A stretch of DNA of 64,000 nt from Euprymna scolopes (taxonomy: Eukaryota): NCBI GenBank assembly GCA_053919585.1, contig CM132813.1; one strand, written 5' to 3'. The position numbers and the translations under genes were made by a program. The notes under the pieces were generated by a model, which saw only the letters and a program-made list of their open reading frames with translations, did not search any database and was not told the origin of the DNA. The stretch's first letter is position 1. The number at the start of each line of letters is the position of its first letter. Positions 41,525 through 52,830 of this stretch are shown here, piece after piece.

Positions 41525-42231
41525 CTAGCGATGGGTACCCGGCGTTGCCCGGGTGTTTGTAGGTGTGTGTGTGGTGTTAAATAAAAAAAGAAACCGGGGC
41601 GGTAGGATCGAAGCCGAAGCCCTGAGGCGAAGTTTGAAAATAAAATCGGCCAGCCAGAATGAAGCATTGTTATAAGCGAATAAGTGAAAGATGTGTGAAA
41701 CTCGTCGAGCGTTACGACGACGACGATGACGATGTAAGCATTGTTATAAGCGAAGTAAGAAAAATCAAAACATCGAAAAAAAACCACAAAAAACTAACGT
41801 AAGGCAAACGAACGATGAAAACAGAAAGAACACGTGAAAAATGGTTTAAATAAGCCTGTTTCGATATTAAAATTTTAAAAATTCGGTGGGTACCCGGGTG
41901 TTTTGGGGTGTCGCTAAGAATAAGCGAAGTAAAAAAAAAAAAAGGAAAACGAACGTTACGTGAAAATTTGATTAAATAATACAGGATTCAATATTTAAAT
42001 TTAAAAAGTCGAAAAAAAAAGCATCTCACACCACGATTCGAACCCAAAACGTTTAGATAATGTACTAAGGACTTAACCACCTGAGCTAAACAGACGCATC
42101 TGAGATTTGTTCGGTTTTTCAACTATTTAAAGTAAATCAGGTCACGACGTCATGACGTCATCTGACGCATGCGTTGTTGACCTCCCCCCTGTCGAAAATT
42201 GTCGATTTTGAGGTGAAAAAGTTAACGTTTT

Positions 42232-42284
<53 letters not shown>

Positions 42285-42939
42285 GCGTCTCTCTCTCTCA
42301 CTTCGTCTTCCTTACTCCAAAGACCGTTACTAAAAAAGAAAATGGCGTCTGGCTGGGGTTTTTTTTGTAAAAACTTCGATCGTTAATATTTTTTGTAAGC
42401 GTATTTTTTTTTACTTCACATTTTTGGCTTGTTATTTTTGTTTAACTATTGTATCTAACTATTTTGAATGTGCTAATAACTTTATTGACGTTGCCATAGC
42501 GTAGAAGTTCATAGTTTAGCTTGTGTAATGGTTAAATGTTTTTCTACCGATAACAACATGTTTTTTTTAATTCAGACTGCCATTAGAGCTTGCTGACATC
42601 AAGATCACGTGACATGACTCAGCGGGTTTTAAATACAAGTTGACCCAAAATAAACGGCCCCGTGTATACTTTATGTAGAAGAGTTGGCGCCCGTATTTTT
42701 GGGGGCAGTTATAAATCTATTTAAAAATATGTAATGTTTAACATTAAAATGTCACTTTTTTGGGGACCCCCCTACAGAAAATCGATCAGTTGACGCACTT
42801 CTGATGGTCCTTTCGGGCTAATTTTTCGATATTTGTCGTCCGGAGGGTGGGGCTAAAATATGATACCAAGTTTGTGAATTTTTGTTCCGTCGGTCAAAAG
42901 TTTTCAGCAGACACACAAACATACATACATACATTTTCG

Positions 42940-42997
<58 letters not shown>
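41525..42997 (-). mobile_element. Non-autonomous Helitron (family A), ~1.47 kb, nested
   Basis: CTAG at 41525 plus perfect hairpin ACCCGGCGTTGCCCGGGT. Shares TTTTTCGATATTTGTCGTCCG and (CATA)n with 33020-33469, and has a TC 5' end in the TA/TAGA tract. Confidence 0.85.
42021..42097 (-). ncRNA. tRNA-like Pol III cassette inside the Helitron (not a canonical tRNA)
   Basis: Minus strand: GCGTCT...TAGCTCAGGTGG (A box)...GGTTCGAATC (B box)...AGATGC, then a T9 terminator. GCGTCT/AGATGC pair like an acceptor stem. Confidence 0.6.
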
Positions 42998-43677
42998 TAG
43001 ATAGATAGATTATGTAGGACCCAATACACAGTAATGATTTTAAAATTTGTTTTAAAAATTACTCGTGCGCCACCATCGAAAATCGAAACCAAAACGTCTA
43101 ACTTACGATTTACTTTTTTCTTTGACTTTAACGCCTGAGCTATAAAGACATAAGGCTAAAAATTAAAACATGAACAAATGGTTAACGTTACGCATGCATA
43201 TTTCTAATGCTGTCATTCGACCTTCACCTAGCAATTCTATTTTTAATTTTCAGACTTTTGCACCGATTTCCCCCAAATACAACCCAAATATAAAGTTTCG
43301 CATGGATTCAAATACCCTATATATTAAGTGTCATGTCTGTAGCCTAGAAAAGGACAGAGGAGTTTGGTAGGCATTTTTAAACAAATATATATACGCATAC
43401 ATTAATAAATATAGAAATAGGTTTGTGCTTACTATAACCTTTTTACGCAAACATTATGCAAGTATAAATCATGTAGAATATCTGCATGAATATAATGACA
43501 CGTAATAGTTAACAAAAGATGATCATCCCATAAGAAAACCGAAAAAAAACTTATAGGGAGTTAATTAAAAAAAAATGTTTAAAAGAATATGCAAATATGC
43601 TAGATCTTTTGCTGGTCAGTGCAATTTCACGACCCATACATAACAAAGCTGTATTTCATTTTTAAATAAACAGAAAA

Positions 43678-43966
43678 GCTTCGCCTGTTTTTTTTTCTTC
43701 TTGGCCTTTAGGCCAAGATCTTTTTTCTGTTATTAAAGTGTAGTATCTGTTCCAGCAGATACTGCAATCAAAGATCAAATGTGGGGGCAACCCCACATAT
43801 CAGACCATTGCTCTTGAGTCATCAGTTTTGGTCAATGTAGAGGAAACCTTTCATACCAATTGTCACTACCCAGTTCCCTCTCTGGGGAACTGGTCCCTCT
43901 CCCTCACTCCCCACATAAAAAACGGCGTTATGCCTAATTTGTTCAGTGGGGAAGCAAATAAATAAT
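43678..43966 (+). mobile_element. U2 snRNA-headed structured retroposon (candidate SINE) with target-site duplication
   Basis: CTTCTTGGCCTTTAGGCCAAGATC and AAAGTGTAGTATCTGTTC match the U2 5' region. It has several hairpins and an AAATAAAT tail, and TAAACAGAAAA is duplicated at 43667-43677 and 43967-43977. Confidence 0.75.
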
Positions 43967-43992
43967 TAAACAGAAAACAGGTTTTTAATATG

Positions 43993-44181
43993 AATATCAA
44001 TACACAAAAACCCAAATTTATAGGTATATAGAAAATAGATAGAGATGTATGTATATATATACAAAATGTTTTATACATATATACGTAAGATATATATGTA
44101 TAAAACATTTTGTATATATATGCATGCATCTCTATCTATTTTCTATATTCTTATAAATTTGGGTTTTTGTGTATTGATATT
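43993..44181. repeat. Long near-perfect inverted repeat (~90-bp arms, short spacer)
   Basis: AATATCAATACACAAAAACCCAAATTTATA..CAAAATGTTTTATACATAT is mirrored by ATATGTATAAAACATTTTG..TATAAATTTGGGTTTTTGTGTATTGATATT. Confidence 0.95.
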
Positions 44182-44196
44182 GTATATATATTGTAT

Positions 44197-44249
<53 letters not shown>

Positions 44250-44291
44250 TGTTATGTTATTTGAGAAGGAAAACCAAGAATTAATAAAATA

Positions 44292-44337
44292 GTAATCAAC
44301 GTTTCGTCCCTATTTCAGGAGACATTATCAGGATTTC
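44292..44337 (-). ncRNA. Minimal type I hammerhead ribozyme motif, core-mutated
   Basis: Minus strand: AATC-CTGATAA-T-GTCTCCT gaaat AGGGAC-GAAAC-GTT-GATT. Stems I and II pair; the core reads CUGAUAA instead of CUGANGA. Confidence 0.6.
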
Positions 44338-45055
44338 GTAGGAAAAATGTAGAAGAAAAACGATTACAGACCACATGCGAGTGAAAAAGGAAAAAAATTC
44401 TAAAGTCCTTCCTATTCATGGCCGAAACTATAAATGTGCGTGCGGAAAGGTTGGATTATTCTATGCTTATGTATACACATTAAAACGATTATTCTAGAAC
44501 CGTTTAAGCTCTCTNNNNNNNNNNNNNNNNNNNNNNNNNNNNNNNNNNNNNNNNNNNNNNNNNNNNNNNNNNNNNNNNNNNNNNNNNNNNNNNNNNNNNN
44601 NNNNNNNNNNNNNNNNNNNNNNNNNNNNNNNNNNNNNNNNNNNNNNNNNNNTAATGCCCACACACGTGCACACATGCCTCTGCAATCACCCACGCCGGGG
44701 GACCACGTCCTCAGGCCAAGAACCACCGTCAAAAGTGATATTTCCACCAAATACATTTTTCTATTTCGTTTATCAAGTTAGAATACAACCTGGGTGGGAG
44801 TCATAAAAAAACGGTAAAAGGATGAGTGAGGTCTTTGAAGATAATAAACATCTTTTTCATTTCTCCTTCCCCCATCCAACCTAACTTTTGGTTTCCATGG
44901 CATAAGGTACTTGAGAATTTAGTTTTCTTGTCTTAGAGTCTGTAAGTTAAGAACCTTAGCTACGCTCAACTAAGTACTGACCGGTGCCCTTTAATCTACA
45001 TCCACCCACACATACATGCAACACACATACAACACACACACATACACAGACACCG

Positions 45056-45095
<40 letters not shown>

Positions 45096-46669
45096 TAATA
45101 CATATAGTCAAAAGCGAATCCATGCTGTACGCTTTTTATTTTATTTACTGAAACTAGACAATAACTCTGAAACTACGCAGGAATAAAGTAAAAGTTACAT
45201 TAACGTAAATAAAACAAAACAAAAAATAAACAACATTAAATAAAAATAAATAAATAAAAATTAAATTAAATTAAAACAAATAAACAAACAAAATATGAAT
45301 AAATATAAAACACGAAAGTTATCTAAACCCCACATGTACCTATATACATATATCAATATACTTATAAATGCCTACACTTTGCTACACCCGCGCATATATA
45401 TACACACACACATTACAGACATACAGAGACAAATATTAGCATTTTTCTTTACTTCTGTAGGGTGGTAACCCCTTCGTATATGCAATAGTATGCTNNNNNN
45501 NNNNNNNNNNNNNNNNNNNNNNNNNNNNNNNNNNNNNNNNNNNNNNNNNNNNNNNNNNNNNNNNNNNNNNNNNNNNNNNNNNNNNNNNNNNNNNNNNNNN
45601 NNNNNNNNNNNNNNNNNNNNNNNNNNNNNNNNNNCAACATTCGGACATCCATACATTCTTGTAATCTATATTGTTACAACAATCATATACGAGGCAGCCT
45701 ATTCTAATAGTTCAGAAATATATATGCATATACATACATCTACATACAACAGACACAGAGATACATCCATATACAAACATACACACAGATATATAGATAC
45801 ACATATATATAAACATACAAACATACATGCATACATAAAATACATTTATACATACATACTCAGACAAATATAGGCATATACATATATACATGTACCCTGC
45901 CACCAAATGATACATCTAAAGTAGAAACAGACATGAATACATTTACTATATAAATTCCCTTTTTCTATCAAACTCCACACGCATAGTTATATTTCATGGC
46001 CCCATACGCTTGTTACATTTTCCTAAGTTGTAGGTTTTTTCCGTAAAAATTTACACTACATAAAAATTTATATTGAATTCAGCATGAAGTTCATAGGCCT
46101 ATCCTCATATTAAGCAAACATTCTTTCGATGGTAAGGCAGATATACATAAGATGTATCACGATACAATAATAATATATAATGACACATGACAGAAATCAG
46201 AGTATTTAGGTTATACAAACCGAGTATACAAGCTTATATATCGTAGTACTTACCTTCATCTTTGTTTATTCAGCCTAATTTCCTTACCCCTTTTCTTTCA
46301 TTCACCCTTCATTCCTTACTTTCTTTTATCTATTTATTTCTTCATTTTTTTTATATATATTAATAAATTACTTTTCCTACCCGGGTATATAAAGATCTTA
46401 TATCCATACATGCACACACCCAAAAATATCCATATGCATACATTATTCCGAGCTTCACTCAAAACAATCTATTACTCATTTGGTTCAAATATACCTTCAT
46501 ACAGGTACTTATTTCGGTTAGTAATACCATAACTGCTCGATGAAGTAGAATATTAAGCGACTTACGTAACCCATATGGGTATGATCATAGTTGCGACCTC
46601 ACTTATCCTCTTTGTGGGGGGTTATTTGATGGGGATTAGTTGTACTTATAGTTGTTCTTGTCTACTAAT

Positions 46670-47300
46670 TCAGAGTTCTTTAAGTGCGTGTATTCTTAAA
46701 TGTTTGCAGGATATAGCAGTTTCTTGTTTACTATTCAATAATTTTTCTCTGTCTTTAAACCTAGTTATCTCAAGTTTTTCTGATAAGCATAATAGACATG
46801 GTGAGTTCAATGAGTGGCAAGTAATGTGCCCTCCTAATAATCTTCCATTCTATACTAGGTGTTTTATTTTCTCTAACTAATTTCCAGTAATATAACGATA
46901 AAGAAGTGTCCTTTTCATATGTTTGATTACTCATCGAGCGTGTATATCCATAGAATCTATTTTTGAAAGTCATTTGGGTACTCCCTATGTAGAATCTTTC
47001 GTCCCTTGGGTTCTCCACCGAGAATATCCTAGCTTGGTATACCACCGATGAGGTCAGACATTCATTTTTTATTGGGCATTCCTCAGGCTTTTTACAGTTA
47101 CATTTATTCACCGCAGTGTTTGTACTAGTATTTTCACCTTCTCTATTAGTCGTCTTTAAAATTCTTCCATTATGCTTTTTTATAATCCTTTCTAAGTTAT
47201 CACTACAGCTATAACTTAATTTTAATGTATTTTTATTAAATATTTTATGTAATATATTATTTGGTGAAAAATTTTGTACCAAGTTTTGTTTTCAACATAA
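46670..47300 (-). mobile_element. Penelope-like element, GIY-YIG endonuclease region (frameshifted)
   Basis: KLSYSC..CNCKKPEECP..CLTSSVVYQA..FYIGST..FKNRF..TSLSLYYWKL, continuing after a frameshift as CLLCLSEKLEI..LNSKQE..CKH. Confidence 0.88.
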
Positions 47301-48214
47301 TATTCAAGCGTAATGGAAGAATGCATGTTCAATTTTTTTACATTTGATTTTATTTATTTTGTTGAAATTATATGAGGAGAGACGGTTAAAGACATATAGA
47401 TTGATTACCCAGGATCTGTATTTATATTTTGCTAAATTGTAGAAACCTTTTCTTTGCGTGATGGTGCTAGTANNNNNNNNNNNNNNNNNNNNNNNNNNNN
47501 NNNNNNNNNNNNNNNNNNNNNNNNNNNNNNNNNNNNNNNNNNNNNNNNNNNNNNNNNNNNNNNNNNNNNNNNNNNNNNNNNNNNNNNNNNNNNNNNNNNN
47601 NNNNNNNNNNNNNNNNNNNNNNNNNNNNNNNNNNNNNNNNNNNNNNNNNNNNNNNNNNNNNNNNNNNNNNNNNTTAAATTAATTACCAATACAAGAACAG
47701 CCACATCGTAAAAGAAAAATTATTTCAAATAACATCGTTTGTATGGATTATCCTATCTTGTCTCTCTCGCCGACGATGGCTGCCGTATTTAAATGTCAGA
47801 ATGTTGTTTATAAAGTGTTGGCCGAATCACATTTCCCTGCGATTGACGTAAATATGACCATCTCGAAGAAACTGACGACGAGAAATATGGCTTGTTCGTT
47901 GTCGTTGGAAATTAAATTAACCTATTTTTAGTACCTTTCAAAGCGGTTACAGAACCGGTTAATAATCAGGGTTTTTTTGTTTTTTTTGTTCGGACTTTTT
48001 CCTTCTTTGTTATTGTTGTGTTGTTGTTGTTTTTTCTTCTATTTTATTTGTTTTATTATGCTAATTTATTTAAAATTTCGTTTACTCTGTTTTCGTTTTG
48101 TTGATTTCCGTTTTTACGCGTACACAAAACTCCTCCCCCCCCCCCATACACACTCATAGTTTTTTTTATGTTTTTCGTTTTTATTACTCTTTTTCCAATC
48201 ATTATTAGGATTCC

Positions 48215-48245
<31 letters not shown>

Positions 48246-49139
48246 CCTTCTCTCCTCATCTCTAATTCTCAACCCCTCTCTCTTTCTCTCTTTTCCACGC
48301 ACATACTGATTGTTTTTTTATATCTATTTACTGATCTCTTAAAATTTTCAAAGTTAGACGTTTATATCGGTACTACCTGGCCGCCCAGCATTACCTGGTC
48401 GTACAATTGTTTCGTAATGGGGTACCAACCTGCATACAGAGATATGTACTTGTGACGAAGAGTGCATCTGAACGTGTGTACGTGTCACTAAATGTCTATA
48501 GTGGTTCTTCACTAATTGAACCCAAATTGTTCGCGATGTGTATATACTCGTTTGAATCATATATACGTGGCCTAGCTGAACGTCTGTTATGTTGTTGAGT
48601 GGGCAGGTTGTAATACAAAGACAATTCACAGTACCTTAATTTGAGACTAACCTTGTTTCAGTCTGATGGTTCATGTGTTGGATCATCCAGATGGCTGCAA
48701 CAAAGGAGCATTCTCTCGGAACAGATAACACAAAATATATACAGTTTTTCTCTTGTTTCAGTCCAGATAAGTCCCAAATCCTCGAAGGCTTGCGAACGCT
48801 TTCTTCCTACCCCCATCTCTTTGGTTGTGCGCGTCCATTCGTCTCCAATCTCGGATGCTAACTCTCTCCAATCTAACTAACTTAAAAATAATCCTGATCA
48901 GCTGACTCATTACGTCATATGCTAAATCATACGTATGCTGTCAGGTCTAACCTAATATTTAATCTATTTCTTTTTCAGTCAAAATTCACAATTATAAACA
49001 TAATTCTATTTTTAATAGTTTCTGAAAGAATGTTGGTACGTGTTAAAATTCCTATCTAACTAAATTATCAAAACATAATTCTTAACATAATAAATTATAT
49101 TTTTGGTGAAATCCTGACAATCGATGCATAGAGCTCAGA

Positions 49140-49840
49140 GTGTTCTATAAAACACAATACGCTTAAACATGATATTTTAATTTATGCAGATTGCGTATGT
49201 ATTATTATATAATCAATCTTCTATTGATTATTATACATTCGAGGAATAATTTGCCGGGTGAACTAATTTGCAAAACAAAAAAATAAATTAATTAATTAAA
49301 AATAATAATGAAAATGTCGTTCATCAAATTCCGTCAGTGTTTGTTTACAATATCACGTCAGCTGATATTTAGGCTTGACAATGAATGCGCTGGAAAAATT
49401 ACGCCTGATTACTGTTTAGTTTTAGAATATTCACACGAAGAAATGATTTGCGGCGATTTTAAATGGTACGTCTTTTATTATAAATCGAACTCATTAATAG
49501 AAAAAAAATTTAAATAAAATCGTGAGGTATACTCGGGCTTGAACAGGAGATTATTCGATCGATAGGCGAATGTTGTACCACTAAATTATATATCCACATT
49601 AAAATAAAGCTGTTTTTTTTTAAGAAGAAGAAATGATTTGCTGATATTTTATTATTCCCTTGGCCGGTGTTACGTAAAATATTCTCCTCTAAATTTTTAT
49701 TATCTATAATACAGAAAATGTACTTTTAAGATCAGATTTTTTTCGATTTTCGATACTTGTCGGATGGATTTCTGTACAAAACATATTTAAGAACAGTGCT
49801 AGACAGATAAATTAGCTTTGTGTAACATTTGGAAAAGATA
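49140..49840 (-). mobile_element. Degenerate Helitron family B copy
   Basis: ACGCTTAAACATGATATTTTAATTTATGCAGATT block; TTTTCGATACTTGTCGG near the far end. Boundaries are approximate. Confidence 0.5.
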
Positions 49841-49879
49841 AGCTCAGCCGTTTCGGAACATATGGGGACGATGGCTCTC

Positions 49880-50630
49880 GTTCTCGTCTAGGGGAGACCT
49901 CATGTTTTGATAAGCTTCTGGGTTCGACCTTTACTCCTGATCTGAAATGGAACACATACATCAAGTCTGTGGCCAAGGTCGCTCGGAAAATGGTGGGATC
50001 CTTCTACCGCTCCAGAAGATATCTTACTAATGATGCAATTCTCTATCTGTATAAAAGCCAAGTACGTCCAAGGATGGAGTACTGCTGCCACATCTGAGTA
50101 GGAGCTGCTAAAAACAGTCTATCCTGCCTTGACAGAGTACAAAATAGACTTCGTGGCTTTGTGGGGGATGCCCTTTTCTCTTCCCTCCAACCTCTCTCCC
50201 ACAGAAGAGACGTTGCGAACCTGTCTCTGTTTTATCGTTATTTCCATGGCAAGTGCTCGTCTGAGCTCCATTCTCTGCCCCCCCCCCGCCAATCTTTCAC
50301 GAAAAACACCCGACTAGCTGAAACCACTGTCAATAATTTTCCCCACTCTTTATCCGTGCCTAAATCAAAACGTAGATTCCATGAACAAAGCTTCTTTCTC
50401 AGAAGTGCACGGCTGTGGAACTCTCTGCCGCTTGCCTGTCCCCCCCCCCGAATTCAACTTGGATGTCTTCAAGTCCAACACAAACAAATTTCTGATGAAC
50501 CGCTCCCTTAAGTAATGACACCTATCAAATCCCCAATACTAACTATTACTACGATACTATCCCACTAATTAGTGTACACACAATAACTCTTATCCCCGAG
50601 TGGCTCCTGGGCCTTGATAACACACATTAA
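49880..50630 (+). mobile_element. 5'-truncated CR1/Zenon-like LINE (ORF2 C-terminus plus 3' UTR), with stop and frameshifts
   Basis: LLGSTFTPDLKWNTYI..ILYLYKSQVRPRMEYCCHI*..LDRVQNR..LQPLSHRRDVANLSLFYRYFHGKCSSEL..SFFLRSARLWNSLP. Confidence 0.9.
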
Positions 50631-50867
50631 AAACACATACTACACTTTGATCTTAACTAGTTATCTCTCTCTTAACCTATCTAGCATAAAATCATCCTTT
50701 TTGAATTTACTTCTGTTTCATTTCTGACTTTGTTTTTCTTTCTCAATCCCCCTCTATTATTCACACCGACTGTTTTTCGTCTTTTCCCCCTCTTTCTCTT
50801 TTTTTTTATTCTTGCTTCCTGCTCATTCACATTTTTCTGTTTCTCTCTTCTTGACTTTATTGTTTAA

Positions 50868-51050
50868 CTAGCAGGCCGCCCAATGTTGCCCGGGCGTAAA
50901 AAAAACTTTAAATATGATATTTTAATTTAGGCAGATTTCGTATTTATTATAATAGAACCAATCCTCTATTGAATATTATATTGTACCTAATATATAGTAG
51001 TGATGTCAAAAGCTTAAGAAGATATGATTTACGTGCTATCGAAACCAAAA
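50868..51050 (-). mobile_element. Helitron family B 3' fragment
   Basis: CTAG at 50868, hairpin GCCCAATGTTGCCCGGGC, family-B block. Confidence 0.8.
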
Positions 51051-51515
51051 TATGTCCTTCTCCAGTGGTATTCACTGCTATATGACATAAGGTCATATGG
51101 CCATCAAAACTTAAAAAATTAACGTAGTTAAACATATAAATGTATATTTGTGCATGCGTAGGGGATACACATTAAGTCGAATTACGCTTTCAGATTTCTT
51201 ATTTGTCAATTTTGACAACCTAGCAGCAATTTTTACCGGCTAAGTACCAAATCGAATTTATTCCACATGTCCAAATCCTCTATCTGTCAAGTGTCCAGTG
51301 TGTAGACTAAAATTGACAGAATAGCTTGTTAGAGACCTGTTGTGGTGTAAATGTTGAACGGAATAACGAGAAGACTCAGAAAAGTGAATCTATAAACAGA
51401 AAAGTACGTTAGCTGATTGGGAAGTCCGTTCAACAACAGAATAAATTGTGCAACAATATTCTCCCTCTGAGTTTTAGGCCCAGACTGACCGGAAAACAGA
51501 ACTTGCTTACCGGAA

Positions 51516-52050
51516 ATGACGCTAAGATACGTTGATGACACCTTCATACTCTGGCCCCATCAGGAAGACATCCAGGGTCTGCCTACCATACATACGAGGC
51601 ATCTCCGAAAAGATTCAGAGAATATTTGCCCCCTACAACATCAGGACGGTATTCAAGAGCGAGTCAACACTCAGACGACACCTGGTACGAGTGAAGCCCC
51701 GCATGGAGGAGAACATGACCAAAAACTGCATATACTCCATCCCATGCAGTTGCAGAAAGGTTTATCAGGGTGAAACATGCCACCCCCTTAAAGTAAGGGT
51801 GGAAGAACACCGAAAGCGGTAACTAAAGGGGAGACGGAAAAACGGTATAGCCAACCATATCTGGATGGAGAGGGGGGACCATCGACCCCTATGGGATGAA
51901 GTAAAAATAATAAAAAGAGAGACCCACTGGAAAGTGAGAAAACTTAAAGAAACAGCTCACATGCTCGGACATAACAACCTACTGAGCAAACCAAGCATAG
52001 AGCTGAATGCAATTTGGACACCTCTGATAGAGAGAGAAAACCTTGAATAA
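51516..52050 (+). mobile_element. Penelope-like element (RT YVDD motif joined by a deletion to the GIY-YIG domain), frameshifted
   Basis: RYVDDTFILW; LPYIRGISEKI..NCIYSIPCSCRKVYQGET..RVEEH; HRPLWDEVKII..RKLKETAHM. Confidence 0.9.
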
Positions 52051-52101
52051 CAACATAGGTTTAACATAAACAAAAACCAACTACGAATTGTTCTAGACAA
52101 T

Positions 52102-52105
<4 letters not shown>

Positions 52106-52169
<64 letters not shown>
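52106..52169. repeat. (TA)n microsatellite
   Basis: Direct inspection. Confidence 0.97.
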
Positions 52170-52172
<3 letters not shown>

Positions 52173-52616
52173 ATAGTTATTAAATTTGTATATTAAAACG
52201 AATTATTCTTTTCCTTAATACAATCTCCTGTCATATAAAACCGAAATAATCAGTGTCAGTAAAGTATACTATTTAATTTAAACAATTTCGAATCATATTT
52301 GATCTGCGCAATTTCGAATACTATCAAATTTGAAGTAGGTTAAAATAAAAAAGTGCCTTAGTATAAAGGGGTTTCTCCTATATTGACTAAGGACAAATTA
52401 ACTACAGTGTAGCAGATACTACACTTTACTCTAGTCTGAAGGCCAATAAAGTGCATTTTAGTCGAAGTTTCACGTTCAATAAAACGACGCATCAAATGAA
52501 ATATGTGAGAATAATTTTTGCCTTATATATTCGGCGATCGGACCATCTAATCTAAAAAAAAATAGTAGAGGTTGATAACGCAGATACGAACACGAAATAA
52601 CCTTAACGTACTATTC

Positions 52617-52830
52617 TGAGGTGCCTTCAATAAGTTTCAAGACTTTCTCATATGGACACTTGATAGTACATACATGAAACTCTATTACCTTTTGAAGTAA
52701 TCTCCTCCGGCTGTAATGCATTATTGTGTCGTTCCAACATGGAAGGCCCCCATGGAGTCCTCTTGTGTGAGCGTGTCAATGATTCAGGTCACAGCCCCTT
52801 TCATCTCCTAAATTGTCTCAGAACAACTGC
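52617..52830 (-). mobile_element. Mariner 3' fragment with TIR
   Basis: TIR GAGGTGCCTTCAATAAGTTTC; body homologous to 39540-39745. Confidence 0.88.

Larger units (their letters stand above)
41439..43415 (-). mobile_element. Non-autonomous Helitron (family B), outer element split by a nested Helitron
   Basis: CTAG at 41439 with hairpin CCCGGTATTGCCCG and the family-B block GCTTAAATATGATATTTT..GCAGATTTCGTAT. Family-B homology resumes at ~43007 (CCCAAT..GTAATGATTTTAAAA..AATCGAAACCAAAAC). The far end is approximate. Confidence 0.7.

Noticed and set aside
41179-41787. 202-aa ORF
   Set aside because: Open only because of (TA)n/(TG)n tracts and Helitron ends.
43697-43752. Functional U2 snRNA gene
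   Set aside because: Only the first ~45 nt match, with insertions. The Sm site and 3' stems are absent.
46535-46585. Hammerhead-like CTCGATGA..GTAAC-CCATATGG-GTA
   Set aside because: Both core boxes deviate and stem I is not evident.
48590-49119. Solo LTR (TG...CA)
   Set aside because: No TSD, PBS or partner LTR could be shown.
51160-51310. PIF/Harbinger-like MITE
   Set aside because: The putative TIRs match too poorly to support a call.
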